In this document: in pieces, positions 56,601 through 64,000 of the stretch
Layout: each line of letters opens with the position of its first letter
Numbering within the stretch: position 1 is the first letter of the stretch
IMG/VR virus record: IMGVR_UViG_3300003702_000449
DNA: 64,000 nucleotides
Direction: 5' to 3' (one strand)
DNA from: an uncultured virus (IMG/VR IMGVR_UViG_3300003702_000449)
Lineage: Duplodnaviria > Heunggongvirae > Uroviricota > Caudoviricetes
The notes under the pieces: model-generated
Seen by the model: the letters and a program-made list of their open reading frames with translations, nothing else
Database searches by the model: none
Told to the model about the DNA's origin: nothing
Program-made: the position numbers and the translations under genes

Positions 56601-58251
56601 AAGGATAAGAAATTTCAGGAACTATAGAATCATCAAAATTCATTCTTATTCTATATTCATCCAATATCTCCCAAGAACCTGCATCAAACCTTTCTTGGTC
56701 TGAACCTATAAGTACAGGTCTAGGAACTACTAGTCTAGGTACCGAACCTCCAAATTCGCTTTCCTCTGTAAACCAATCTAAAGTTATAAAACCATCTATA
56801 GGCTCATAGAATAGGTCAGTATGTCCAGTTACAGCATTTCCCTGAAGATCAAGTCTTAAAGGTTGTACTCCAAATCCTAGAGGTTGGAATACGAAATCAT
56901 ATTCTTGTTGACCTAAAGGATTAGTAACTTCAGCAGTTAACTTAATGCCAGCATTGTTTAATGTATAAATCCATTTAAGTCCTTCATATTCATACCAAGC
57001 AGTATTTCCTTCATAACTAAGAGGAGTAGGAGTATACCATCTACCTCCATATTCTCCATCACTACTTAAGAAAGATATGGTACTCTGATTACCCTCAACC
57101 TTAAACCAGGGATGAGTAACCATAGACCAATTTTCTGGATTATCTGGATCTTGAATTAAGTTTAAACTAGTTTCTCTCCAGTCTCCTTCATCATCTTTAT
57201 AATGTATATTAGGTTCATAAGTACTTCTTAAAGTACCAATTGCTATCTGGAAAGTCTTTGAATCTCTAGTTCTTAAATCTATCCTTTCAGAGAAACTTTC
57301 TACTTCAGGTAACTCACCAAAATATTCTTCAATTAGGCCATCTTCATTTATCTTATAAGCCTTATTTATCAGATAAGAAAACTTGGACGCAAGACTATTA
57401 GCACCTGCAGCCTCATTCTCACTATAACTTCTAATTGGAAGTACTGACCTACCAATGTCCCTAGTCCATCCACTTACAATTCTAGTATAGTGCATACTTC
57501 CGACTACATTAAGTAGTGCCATTTCCTCTAACGAAGTCTCTGTCTTTAACTTCCAAAAAGCTCCCTTATCATAATGCCAACTAGTTCCCCCTGTACCTAT
57601 ATATCTAGGTTCGCCTAGAATAGCCTGAACTTCGTCTCCAGTCATTCCTTCAACTATACTATCTGGAAAGACTCCATAATCATCTATTATTCCAGTTACA
57701 ACCTGATGCTGTCCAGGAGTCTGTCCCTCTACCATTTGATCTATAGTAACAAACCCTGCATTTTCAGGATCATCTGGATCTTCTAAAAATATATCTTCCC
57801 AAGTAGCCGCAGGCGTTACTAATTCTAAGGTAATATATCCAGTGGGTATATACTGCTCTAATTCCTCTACGTCACTATTAGTCTCTTTATTAAATACAGG
57901 ATAGGAACGATAAGGAGCTACAGTATTATCCTCCCTAAGAAATTCTCCTAATATATTAGTTTCTCTATCAACTCTTTCGTTTAGAAGTCCGTCCCAAGTG
58001 TATAGTTCATAAAACCATTCTTTACCATACTTATCTATATGTTGAACTTCTAATACTAGCTTTCCTTGAGCAGAACGGACATCTACTATTCTAAAGTCTG
58101 CACTATCATTATGGTTATGATTAGCTTGGTCGTGAGGCTCGCTTTCGCTATGAGCAAAAAGTTGATTAGGTACTACTATAATAGCTAAAGTAAATAGCAC
58201 TATACTTAGCCAAGTAATTAACCAAGACTTATCTAATCTATGACGGATCAT
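50626..58251 (-). CDS. giant membrane-anchored adhesin/spike (SmpA-like, DNRLRE-like repeats, IPT/TIG, 7-blade propeller, 3-TM anchor)
   Basis: Signal peptide; GMT.DEV..ILG.P; five FDTS.(L/I)P.D units; SISP...LTLTG IPT pattern; seven ..F.P....(L/V)AV....PY..VY.F blades; C-terminal TMs. Confidence 0.8.
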   Translation of the reverse strand: MIRHRLDKSWLITWLSIVLFTLAIIVVPNQLFAHSESEPHDQANHNHNDSADFRIVDVRSAQGKLVLEVQHIDKYGKEWFYELYTWDGLLNERVDRETNILGEFLREDNTVAPYRSYPVFNKETNSDVEELEQYIPTGYITLELVTPAATWEDIFLEDPDDPENAGFVTIDQMVEGQTPGQHQVVTGIIDDYGVFPDSIVEGMTGDEVQAILGEPRYIGTGGTSWHYDKGAFWKLKTETSLEEMALLNVVGSMHYTRIVSGWTRDIGRSVLPIRSYSENEAAGANSLASKFSYLINKAYKINEDGLIEEYFGELPEVESFSERIDLRTRDSKTFQIAIGTLRSTYEPNIHYKDDEGDWRETSLNLIQDPDNPENWSMVTHPWFKVEGNQSTISFLSSDGEYGGRWYTPTPLSYEGNTAWYEYEGLKWIYTLNNAGIKLTAEVTNPLGQQEYDFVFQPLGFGVQPLRLDLQGNAVTGHTDLFYEPIDGFITLDWFTEESEFGGSVPRLVVPRPVLIGSDQERFDAGSWEILDEYRIRMNFDDSIVPEISYPYLIDPTVTFSVSSGTDDGEVNCYATAPTVSSCSANTTWPDMEVKYSVGRYNFSHVRFDTSSLPDDALILEADLKLACHSKLTTGDQHILFGIGWAHGKQPYANPQSSETAGAYTGYWPIDATDIWTAEQYKTSPGDDAHRLRAVTDICEQGHNVLETFPLRSMNMNNMGHTSWPRMTNVHVNRTGWTELFMFMDDMHAHAATSDTEMRFHTSESSEPSPQLVITYATDTLKMCPATQMKFYPDADGVPGQDSWDGYGQTQNAGYPGLTWDQITRSNVSNFGNGGGDSWSPMRTIIQTDASYNLYEVGERMMFSFDTSAIPDDAFIIEGRVGLYINYAYHYNDRDYGGFGNYRWRKQGLALIDFDPQSETTFTNGDMHRTSYMRLSNDKLMENMGPFHVANATPNVGSFGKDRGGGYEVWDLTDVGKDYIKKDTENTSFQLALGMDIDNDFAWWTAANRMNGISAYNAEDNWGPTGLERDPYLEVRYVLPCAEVDNTSTVNNNSVSTFYTGVNWAPGTGMDGDIVNYQPGFYTGMWRYLQYGGNGTTVHYTQSGGSAIQLSQKDNTPGAWSYLSKMYYGFDTSSLPDYSCPTGTLVTQTSATHQDGNFSTSNHTSGGWNQGWKEILGDPSNQSPGHPYDAQTSMTLGANRVKSQLGFENNAYTDRSDVTLSFDTSSIPSDSIITSAYIDFKASAKYDTLGTADFPIHISLIGFSPGDVANNSVVSNFRTATPSGDPPFANDLIINDISTSQVFGPKENQFRLNDRGIDSIDPTGASSFMIVIDHFRNGAPMWRQGATGLNAYVDIQAFEDGGRGARLTVNYSEPCANKGYHSAYLKIFTSDSANVSGLGSTVVLTDSNIPDLSGNVDILTLSDFKDGRWYNTELGNRFPISMQPSIYNQGAPHVWNEHFPMMAFNERGLHSFNPGGITYFNLRSSFDLDYIGGDDPPTIRQSSYYLGTKYNTTGGSDYMTANMAEYGGTTRDPQLIVIHGDNSASIGDAQIIQSGGETIVLDLWGTHWVDAGATFDAQRQNIINGLTGSLGAGSTNWNTSVRDDMNVSEVVRTSDSRVTITLLPHVLYNPSTPTETISITIPGSAIKPFVTGIVPDDIVLPENYNFSIDQIPFGFTSISPTMAGNSGSLELTLTGLGLPGPTFAPPEDVIIFKSGAPTSPITCTPISGGGTSVVVSCLVDGIQTGDWSVKATEAGGLNATLTDALIIFEPWSSTVNGGSFSQSGSDYAVFAHTDLPYFTVQAFDEVDKEWDSSSNPPTTIPAAAGTDAMFTSDKTRLVVGTAANANYLWAYVFDPATGVISGTPPNPTSVGSIGVNGFDIGTGDNIVVAATTDSAGVYMYDIDNSGAIAGFWTSTLTAPTSPPGAECNAVDINTNATFVAVGCSTSPYLHVWAITNGGAGTPSWSSKSSAPAGGNIPSGVITGIEFSPDGSHIAIVTDTSPYLEVYPFSAGAIGTKISTTALPGAGTGVAWLTENTSGPTNLAASHAVGPYLTVYNFNTLTGVFGTKLDDPSPALGSATTSIGFHPNDDTLFVGLTASPYIAAYNFTGTSDNDYRIYRYMANFDTSYLPSDATVTAATLSIYIDSVNVGTDWQLLVEAGAAGSEPLVVGDYDYLNYTVQVQLSALTASTLVVGAYNDIPLNAAGLASINAAGITQFMLRHEDDIGNSAPSAIETVDIEVGNSITFPGTACTTSTTFTALYADSDYNLCNSPNVPKLTLTYSSATATALDPLSLNWTNAQEAALAPTDGIYTIETIATGPILGLRNGTVETIGFNRVLADVSDNWDFWKSVSPSKPFPYTDYLKYDVDGTNQLWYQLNNPPGYYMPDRSGNANHSTSISFPLADNVNVTVDSSELAGDALVPDVSSIANPSLLGDIESFGINAAGNPRYAFGDPVSSPGWMNIFDRASVSMGLTPNTILGVMILFIAVILGLGAYVATGNPMLTIVGVGIALLAGVTIGAFPVYYLIMFVVVGIATVGISRSI

Positions 58252-59530
58252 TTAATTTCGCTCCAAAGGCTGCCGTAGTGTCTATAACCTTATCGTAAGC
58301 CTGCCCAATTTTATGGCTTGTTACTTCACTAGAAGTGTTTGAAAGGACATCTGCAGAATCTTCTTGTCTAACTGTTATATAGTTACTTGAGGCGTTATAG
58401 AAACTCTTTGAGTAAGATTCTTCAGCAGTAGCACTATAATAAACCCCTGCAGTTCCATCCTCCTCATTATGAGTCCAAGTTCCAATATAGTTACCACCTA
58501 CTCCAGGGGCTGTAAGAGTTAAAGTATTATTGCCTCCAGCTACTAAAGCTGACTGGTAGCCTAAATCGAATGAGGCCCCTTTACCAAAGACTGTCCCTGT
58601 CTCATTAGTATCTACTTTAAAGTTCTGTTTAATCTCGAATCTCCAGCTACTACCAGGTTCTAATACAGCTGCATCTGCAGTTACAATCCCATCAAATCCA
58701 GGAAAATAGTTATGGAATGTATCAGTATCAGCCCCTCCAGTATATAGACTATAAGGTAGAGATTCTCCTGCTGCAAGACTATCAGCATGGAACCACCACT
58801 GACCAGTTTCATACCAAGACTGTTCTCCTAAAGGTACTATAGTATTAGTACCAGCTGCAACAGCTGTTACTTCTACCTTTAACCAATAAGCAGCAAAAGA
58901 CTGGTGATTTTCCTTACCCCAGGCTCCACCTGTAGGCATAGTCCAACTAATACTATTATTCCCTACAGTCTTAAAACCATAATCATTACTGTCTAAAGTA
59001 CTATCAAGTACTCCTGAAAATCCTACCCAACTAGTACAAGTAGTTGCATTAGACGTATCACAGTATTTCCAGTTAGTAGTTAGATTATAATCAGTTGCTG
59101 TAGAAACAACTAAACGCATCATTCTTCCAGGATTATGTAAAGCAAATTCATACTCTTCATTTAATTGATAAGGGAATTCCATATCATTGGTAGTATTATT
59201 AGTAGCATCAGTAGTATCATCAGCAGCTAGTCTATTATAAGCTTTCTGCATATTTATCTTTAAAGAAGAGGGCATATTAGGTACATCAAAGGTACCTTGA
59301 TGCAAGTGTGCATTTAAAGCATCTGGAGCTATATATCCAGTATCAATTAAGGTTTGAGCTGATAAACCAAAATTCATAATAGCATCATTAACAGCAATAC
59401 TCTGAGTATTCTGAGCTGTCATCTTCCACTGGACTAAACTACCAGTTATACTAGCTCCTATCAAGAAAACAGAGAAAAAGGCAGTTAATAGAAGAAGGCC
59501 CCTCTTTTTATTTTTAGACTTACTAAACAA
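58238..59530 (-). CDS. secreted surface protein, apparent N-terminal half of a split adhesin
   Basis: Signal/TM; beta-rich; ends FGAKLNDPS, matching the propeller linker FGTKLDDPS of the next gene. Confidence 0.7.
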   Translation of the reverse strand: MFSKSKNKKRGLLLLTAFFSVFLIGASITGSLVQWKMTAQNTQSIAVNDAIMNFGLSAQTLIDTGYIAPDALNAHLHQGTFDVPNMPSSLKINMQKAYNRLAADDTTDATNNTTNDMEFPYQLNEEYEFALHNPGRMMRLVVSTATDYNLTTNWKYCDTSNATTCTSWVGFSGVLDSTLDSNDYGFKTVGNNSISWTMPTGGAWGKENHQSFAAYWLKVEVTAVAAGTNTIVPLGEQSWYETGQWWFHADSLAAGESLPYSLYTGGADTDTFHNYFPGFDGIVTADAAVLEPGSSWRFEIKQNFKVDTNETGTVFGKGASFDLGYQSALVAGGNNTLTLTAPGVGGNYIGTWTHNEEDGTAGVYYSATAEESYSKSFYNASSNYITVRQEDSADVLSNTSSEVTSHKIGQAYDKVIDTTAAFGAKLNDPS

Positions 59531-59531
59531 T

Positions 59532-60620
59532 TTAAGCCATCCTAGACATTATAAAGGTTACCCCAAATAGAACCAAAATAAAGAAGAATACAGCAAAGAC
59601 TAGTCCGATAGGAATAAGTCCTAACATACTTCCAGCTAAAATTAGAGGTATGCCAGTAACCATAGCAGGAGTAACTGCCTGAGTTACATTAAAGATCATT
59701 CCAAGTATAGATATACCTATAAGAACGAAACCTATACCTCCAATAATCATACCTGTAGCCTTTGGATTTCCCTCTGAGTCCTCCTGTTCACCAAATAAAG
59801 CTAAGCCTAATGCATCTAAATTAGTAGACATACTCTCAGGTAAATTTCCCTCTAAGAAATCTTGTCCTTTAGGAGCTCCTGTATACGCTGTAGGTTCCTC
59901 AGCTATAGAAGCAGTAAATGCAAAAATATCTGGAACTAGAGTTCTAACCCCAGGAATAACCTTCATTGCAATAGTAGCACCAGCAACACTAAGTCTATCA
60001 CCTAAGTTAGTTATTGTAGTATACTCCTGACCTGAAGCTATAGAAGCATTCTCAGTAATTTCAAGTATCTTACTCCCAAGAGAGTCTAGAGTAGTTCCTC
60101 CTAAAGTACCATCTATCCATATACTAGTATCATCTACTGATACTTTAGACTCATATGAGTTAGTAGAATCAACTGTAGAAAATAGAATAGGATTAGCACA
60201 GATACAAACCTTTAACTTATCCATATTCCAAGTTAAACCCTGATTTACCACACCCGCAGCAGTAAAGTACATAGCCTGATAAGCATGACCATAATAGAAT
60301 ATCTGTCTTATACCTCTAATAGTATCAGAAATTACAATTGGAGGTCCAGACTCAGTAACTTCTAGGATTAATTGTACTGCGAAGGCTCGCCTTGGATCTT
60401 CACTAGGAACCACAGCATAATTAACATTATATTCCACTAAGATAAGTAAATCATCAGCCTCTAAATAATTTCTAAAGACTGCAACCTGGTGTAACTTAAT
60501 AGAATCAGGGTTAGTAATAGCAAAGACTGGATTAGCAGCAAAGCTAGCCAGAACTATTGCTATAAGTATAAATATTAAGTGAAATCTACGTACTACCATA
60601 CCTGAACCTAGTAAGTCCAT
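59532..60620 (-). CDS. membrane-anchored surface protein (signal + 3-TM C-terminal anchor)
   Basis: C-terminal anchor resembles that of the 2541-aa protein (G..P...). Confidence 0.7.
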   Translation of the reverse strand: MDLLGSGMVVRRFHLIFILIAIVLASFAANPVFAITNPDSIKLHQVAVFRNYLEADDLLILVEYNVNYAVVPSEDPRRAFAVQLILEVTESGPPIVISDTIRGIRQIFYYGHAYQAMYFTAAGVVNQGLTWNMDKLKVCICANPILFSTVDSTNSYESKVSVDDTSIWIDGTLGGTTLDSLGSKILEITENASIASGQEYTTITNLGDRLSVAGATIAMKVIPGVRTLVPDIFAFTASIAEEPTAYTGAPKGQDFLEGNLPESMSTNLDALGLALFGEQEDSEGNPKATGMIIGGIGFVLIGISILGMIFNVTQAVTPAMVTGIPLILAGSMLGLIPIGLVFAVFFFILVLFGVTFIMSRMA

Positions 60621-60810
60621 CCTCCATTTGAGCCTTTACCATCCTAACTGCCCTAGCTCGATTACTTGTAGGAAGATCAAACAACTCAGAATCCTTTATA
60701 TTGCTCTGAGAAGAGATTTCTAATTTCTTCTGAGTTGCAAGATCTTCACTTTGATAAGGTCCATAAAATATAGGAGACCTTTCATCCATTGCCAGTATAT
60801 ACCAAGGCAT
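60586..60810 (-). CDS. hypothetical protein
   Basis: GPY.SE..A...LPTSNR.RA. Confidence 0.55.
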   Translation of the reverse strand: MPWYILAMDERSPIFYGPYQSEDLATQKKLEISSQSNIKDSELFDLPTSNRARAVRMVKAQMEDGLTRFRYGST

Positions 60811-61053
60811 CTAAATACCCTTTATGCCTCTGAGTCCAGGACGCTTCCAGCCTTTCTTGGCTTTCTTTCCCATTACACCACTAGCTTGTTTCTTTACACC
60901 CTTAGCTACTTTAGTAGCTTCCTGGGCTAAACCAGATTTAATCTCACTGGCTTTAAATCCACCATTAGTAACCTTAGCAGCTGCCTTAGCTTCATCTGCC
61001 ATAGTTCTGGGTACTGCCTTAGTTTCCGGTAACGTGTATATTCTCTTAGCCAT
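60811..61053 (-). CDS. small lysine-rich protein
   Basis: K/A/G-rich; GGAGG SD. Confidence 0.6.
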   Translation of the reverse strand: MAKRIYTLPETKAVPRTMADEAKAAAKVTNGGFKASEIKSGLAQEATKVAKGVKKQASGVMGKKAKKGWKRPGLRGIKGI

Positions 61054-61066
61054 TGTCTTACCCTCC

Positions 61067-61207
61067 TTAAATCTTAAATCCAGACTTCTTTGAACCCTTT
61101 TTCCGCCCTTTACTTATACCCTTAGCAATCTTCGAACCCTTTACGTGACCCATTAGCTTCTTAATTTCACTTGCTATTTTAGTGCCACTAACTTGTCCCT
61201 TGTACAT
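61067..61207 (-). CDS. 46-aa lysine-rich peptide (not in ORF track)
   Basis: MYKGQVSGTKIASEIKKLMGHVKGSKIAKGISKGRKKGSKKSGFKI; GGAAGGA SD. Confidence 0.6.
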   Translation of the reverse strand: MYKGQVSGTKIASEIKKLMGHVKGSKIAKGISKGRKKGSKKSGFKI

Positions 61208-61219
61208 CTATTATCCTTC

Positions 61220-64000
61220 CTAACTTATAGCTAATCTAGACATCTCAGTTTTACTTTTTCTATCCAAAGCCGTAGGATACATCTTATGGTAATAAGTCTT
61301 TCCTGCAACTCCACTAGTAACAAACACTGCTGTTAATTCCTTATCATCGTCCATAAGAACCATAAAAGATTTATTGGTTGTATCCTTACCTTCTACATCA
61401 CCCTCCCAGTGATCAAACTTCCAGCCTTTATTTGCAACAGCATTAACCTTAATCATTTTACCAGTTGCAATCCTTCTAGTTTTAGGAACTCCTCTGCCTG
61501 CCCCAGTAGGAGTAGACTTAATAAGTAAGTTAGATATACTTGGATCGTCTGTATCTTCTTCTTCCCTTTCAGGTGTCCACCAAGCGGGCCTACGCCTACG
61601 TATAATCCTTTTAGGCTTAGGTTTTTGAGGTCTGCCTACAGATGTATCAGTTTCAGTAGTAGTACTTGTAGTAACCTCGGGTTCAGTCATAGTACTAGTT
61701 GTTATTTCTGGGACCGTTTGAGTAGTAGTACTAGTTGTTAAACTAGGAGTAGTAGTAGTAAACTGAGTAGGACCTACTATTGGAGCAGTAAACTGGCTAG
61801 GAGTTCCAATAGGTTGCATAGACGGAGAACCTGTTGTAGGAGCAATACCTGGACCAATACCTGGACTAATACTTGGACCTATGCCAGGACCTATCTTTGG
61901 ACCTGTTCCTGGACCTGTTCCAGGGGTTGTAGTAGGACCTACACCAGGAGAGACTCCCGGACTTACTCCAGGTGAAGGACCCACACCAGGAGATATATCA
62001 GGAGATATACCAGGACCCTGCCATTGACCTGGACCCCTTACCGGACCAATAATAGGAAGGCCACCAGGAGTCTTAAGAGGATCTCCAACTTGTCTTCTCC
62101 CAGGAGTAGTGGGACTTATAGGCTCTATAATAGGCGTACTAGGAGCTATCCCAGGACGTCTAACAGGAGTAGTGGGAGTTTCAGGAGGAAGTCTCTCAGG
62201 CTGGATTTCTGGAGTTACTTTAGGTTTCTTACTAGGAGCTGAAATTGTCTCAGGATCTGGAGGAAATAGACGAGTACCAGGAGAAACCGCATCTATTGCC
62301 TCAGCATCAGGATCTGGTTCCAGTACCCAACCTACCCCAGGTACAAACCTACTAGGAGCATCACTAGAAGTTAACATTACAGGAGTACTTAGACCCAAAC
62401 CAGCAGTTATACCTGAAAGAGGTCCCATTACACCTTGAAATCTACTTATTTCAGCGTCTGGTATTCCAGATACAGTACCACGTCTCTTTAAGATTTTAGA
62501 CCATTCTGCATCAGATCTACCACTAGCTGTTAATCCAGGAATATTAGCTTTCTGTCTGAATGTTACAGGAACTATAGTGCCTTCATAACCCCCAGCCCAA
62601 TCTGTACCTGTTGGAGTTATTTTATAAGGTTCTCCTACCTGGGCATAATCTCCTGGAGCACCTTTACCAGCTTGTAGTCTAGAGCCAAGTTCCATGACTG
62701 CATCATCTGGTATATCATCTGCTAGTATAGGAGCTGCTCTACCTTCAGCAATTTGTAACCTATCAAGAACAGCCCTATCTGCTGCACTAAGACCAGAATA
62801 AGCATCATCTGCTACTAGATCTATTCTACCAACCTCAAGAGTATATGCGTCTGCAGCATCATCACCCCGACTCATGCTAATTCTTGAAGCTTCCTCATAC
62901 TGCTCTTTAGTAAGCTTAGGAGTTTGAGGTTCACTAGCACTTTTCCCTGTTGGCCTGACACGAGTATCTGCTACCTTAGCTGACCCTCCAGGACCCTTCC
63001 AGCCTCCTCCTGTTGGAGTTAGACTTGGACTTGGACCTCCAGATATAGGAGGACCACCAGGCTCCAAACCTGGAATCTCCCAGTCATCCCCTTTAACTAC
63101 CTTAAACTCTGTTACTAATTCCTCAGCTTCTCCCTTAGTAAGGGCTGGTAAGACATCTACACCTTCAGTAACCTCTGGCTTGCCAAAGTAAGCCATAGTA
63201 GTTCTTAGTATACCTTCCTCGTCTTCTGGAGTAGCCTCTACGAATTCCCTCCTCCTACTTACATAGACTGTAGTATGCATAGTATCAGCATCTACTTCTC
63301 TGACTACTCTAAGATAAGGCTCATCAACATCACCCGCTTCTCTAGGAACTTTGTATCCAACTATTTTACCTTCACCTGGATCAACAGCAGTTAAGGACTT
63401 CTGCCTAATAGGGATCCAACCCTGATCTTCAATATACTTTGCAGAAGGAACGTAATTAGGAAGTACATCCACCCACTCGATCTCCCCTTTTACCCCTCTA
63501 AAACTATATGCTATATTTTCTATAGCATCTGCAAAATCTGCACCACCCTGTACAGCAGCTGCTTGTAACATCTTAGCATCATTAAGATGTAAGACTCTTT
63601 TACCAACTAGTACATCTCCAGTCTCTTTAATAGTCTGAAGAGGATGCCTAATAACTCTTGTAACATCCTTCACTCCCTGCTTAGCTAAGGTAGGTAAAGG
63701 AGTCTTCCAAGTCTCACTAGCTATTGCAACTGAGCCTTTTACTACAGATTTTCCAGCAGCTACATATCCTGGAAGTACTGCAGCCCCTCCAGGTCCAACA
63801 GGAACTGCCTTCATGAGGGTCTTATCTACCATTCCCCCCAAAGTCCCAATAACAGTTCCAGTCTCCTCAGCTGTCTTTACAACCTGTCTTCCACCAGCAG
63901 CTGCTATATCACTTATAGGTTCAGTAGCTCCCTTATATAGAAGTCGTCCACCAGCAGTAAAAGGACTAAGGATTCTAGATACTTCAGGGGCTCTAGCAGC
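61220..64000 (-). CDS. large Pro/Gly/Thr-rich protein with C-terminal InlB B-repeat-like domain; 5' end lies beyond the window
   Basis: Frame stays open from 63841 to 64000; PG(I/V)(S/G)P repeats; KVNAVANKGWKFDHWEGD...MDDDKELTAVF. Confidence 0.75.
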   Translation of the reverse strand, partial: AARAPEVSRILSPFTAGGRLLYKGATEPISDIAAAGGRQVVKTAEETGTVIGTLGGMVDKTLMKAVPVGPGGAAVLPGYVAAGKSVVKGSVAIASETWKTPLPTLAKQGVKDVTRVIRHPLQTIKETGDVLVGKRVLHLNDAKMLQAAAVQGGADFADAIENIAYSFRGVKGEIEWVDVLPNYVPSAKYIEDQGWIPIRQKSLTAVDPGEGKIVGYKVPREAGDVDEPYLRVVREVDADTMHTTVYVSRRREFVEATPEDEEGILRTTMAYFGKPEVTEGVDVLPALTKGEAEELVTEFKVVKGDDWEIPGLEPGGPPISGGPSPSLTPTGGGWKGPGGSAKVADTRVRPTGKSASEPQTPKLTKEQYEEASRISMSRGDDAADAYTLEVGRIDLVADDAYSGLSAADRAVLDRLQIAEGRAAPILADDIPDDAVMELGSRLQAGKGAPGDYAQVGEPYKITPTGTDWAGGYEGTIVPVTFRQKANIPGLTASGRSDAEWSKILKRRGTVSGIPDAEISRFQGVMGPLSGITAGLGLSTPVMLTSSDAPSRFVPGVGWVLEPDPDAEAIDAVSPGTRLFPPDPETISAPSKKPKVTPEIQPERLPPETPTTPVRRPGIAPSTPIIEPISPTTPGRRQVGDPLKTPGGLPIIGPVRGPGQWQGPGISPDISPGVGPSPGVSPGVSPGVGPTTTPGTGPGTGPKIGPGIGPSISPGIGPGIAPTTGSPSMQPIGTPSQFTAPIVGPTQFTTTTPSLTTSTTTQTVPEITTSTMTEPEVTTSTTTETDTSVGRPQKPKPKRIIRRRRPAWWTPEREEEDTDDPSISNLLIKSTPTGAGRGVPKTRRIATGKMIKVNAVANKGWKFDHWEGDVEGKDTTNKSFMVLMDDDKELTAVFVTSGVAGKTYYHKMYPTALDRKSKTEMSRLAIS

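Noticed and set aside
185..62438. All plus-strand ORFs in the track (e.g. 185-535, 8815-9162, 20358-20744, 27966-28295, 62109-62438)
   Set aside because: They lie antisense to well-supported minus-strand genes and show no recognisable motifs; they are shadow ORFs.
1..64000. Alternative genetic code (stop-codon reassignment)
   Set aside because: Long conserved genes are intact in the standard bacterial code, and TAA, TAG and TGA all end genes at coupled junctions.

Overview
This 64 kb window looks like part of a large dsDNA virus or virus-like element of a bacterium. Almost all genes lie on the minus strand and are tightly packed, often with TAATG stop/start overlaps, sigma70-type promoters and Shine-Dalgarno sites. 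Left part (0.6-22 kb), replication and nucleotide metabolism: DEDDh exonuclease, class II RNR, dUTPase, a protein-primed-type PolB with a degenerate motif B plus a UDG-fused PolA, a partly duplicated 7-deazaguanine DNA-modification cluster (folE, queD, queE, queC, queF, second QueC, dead QueE, two TGT/DpdA-like barrels), Cas4-like nuclease, short UvrD, SSB and Rad52/Sak. Middle (22-50 kb), dozens of small paralogous genes: about 18 apparently circularly permuted winged-helix proteins, 3 HiPIP-like, 3 ART-fold and 3 RFGG-family proteins. These are interleaved with a transaldolase-GmhA-HddA-HddC heptose pathway, a Dpm1-GtrA-methyltransferase fusion, a DUF2723/TMEM260-like GT-C and a Zot/pI-like ATPase. 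Right part (50-64 kb), membrane-anchored surface proteins, including a 2541-aa adhesin that appears to have arisen from a ~5.3 kb insertion splitting an ancestral gene. I recognised no terminase, portal, HK97 capsid, tail or lysin gene in the window. The morphogenesis genes resemble those of extruded or enveloped viruses (inovirus, spindle-shaped, pleomorphic). All calls are by-eye motif recognition; no searches were run.
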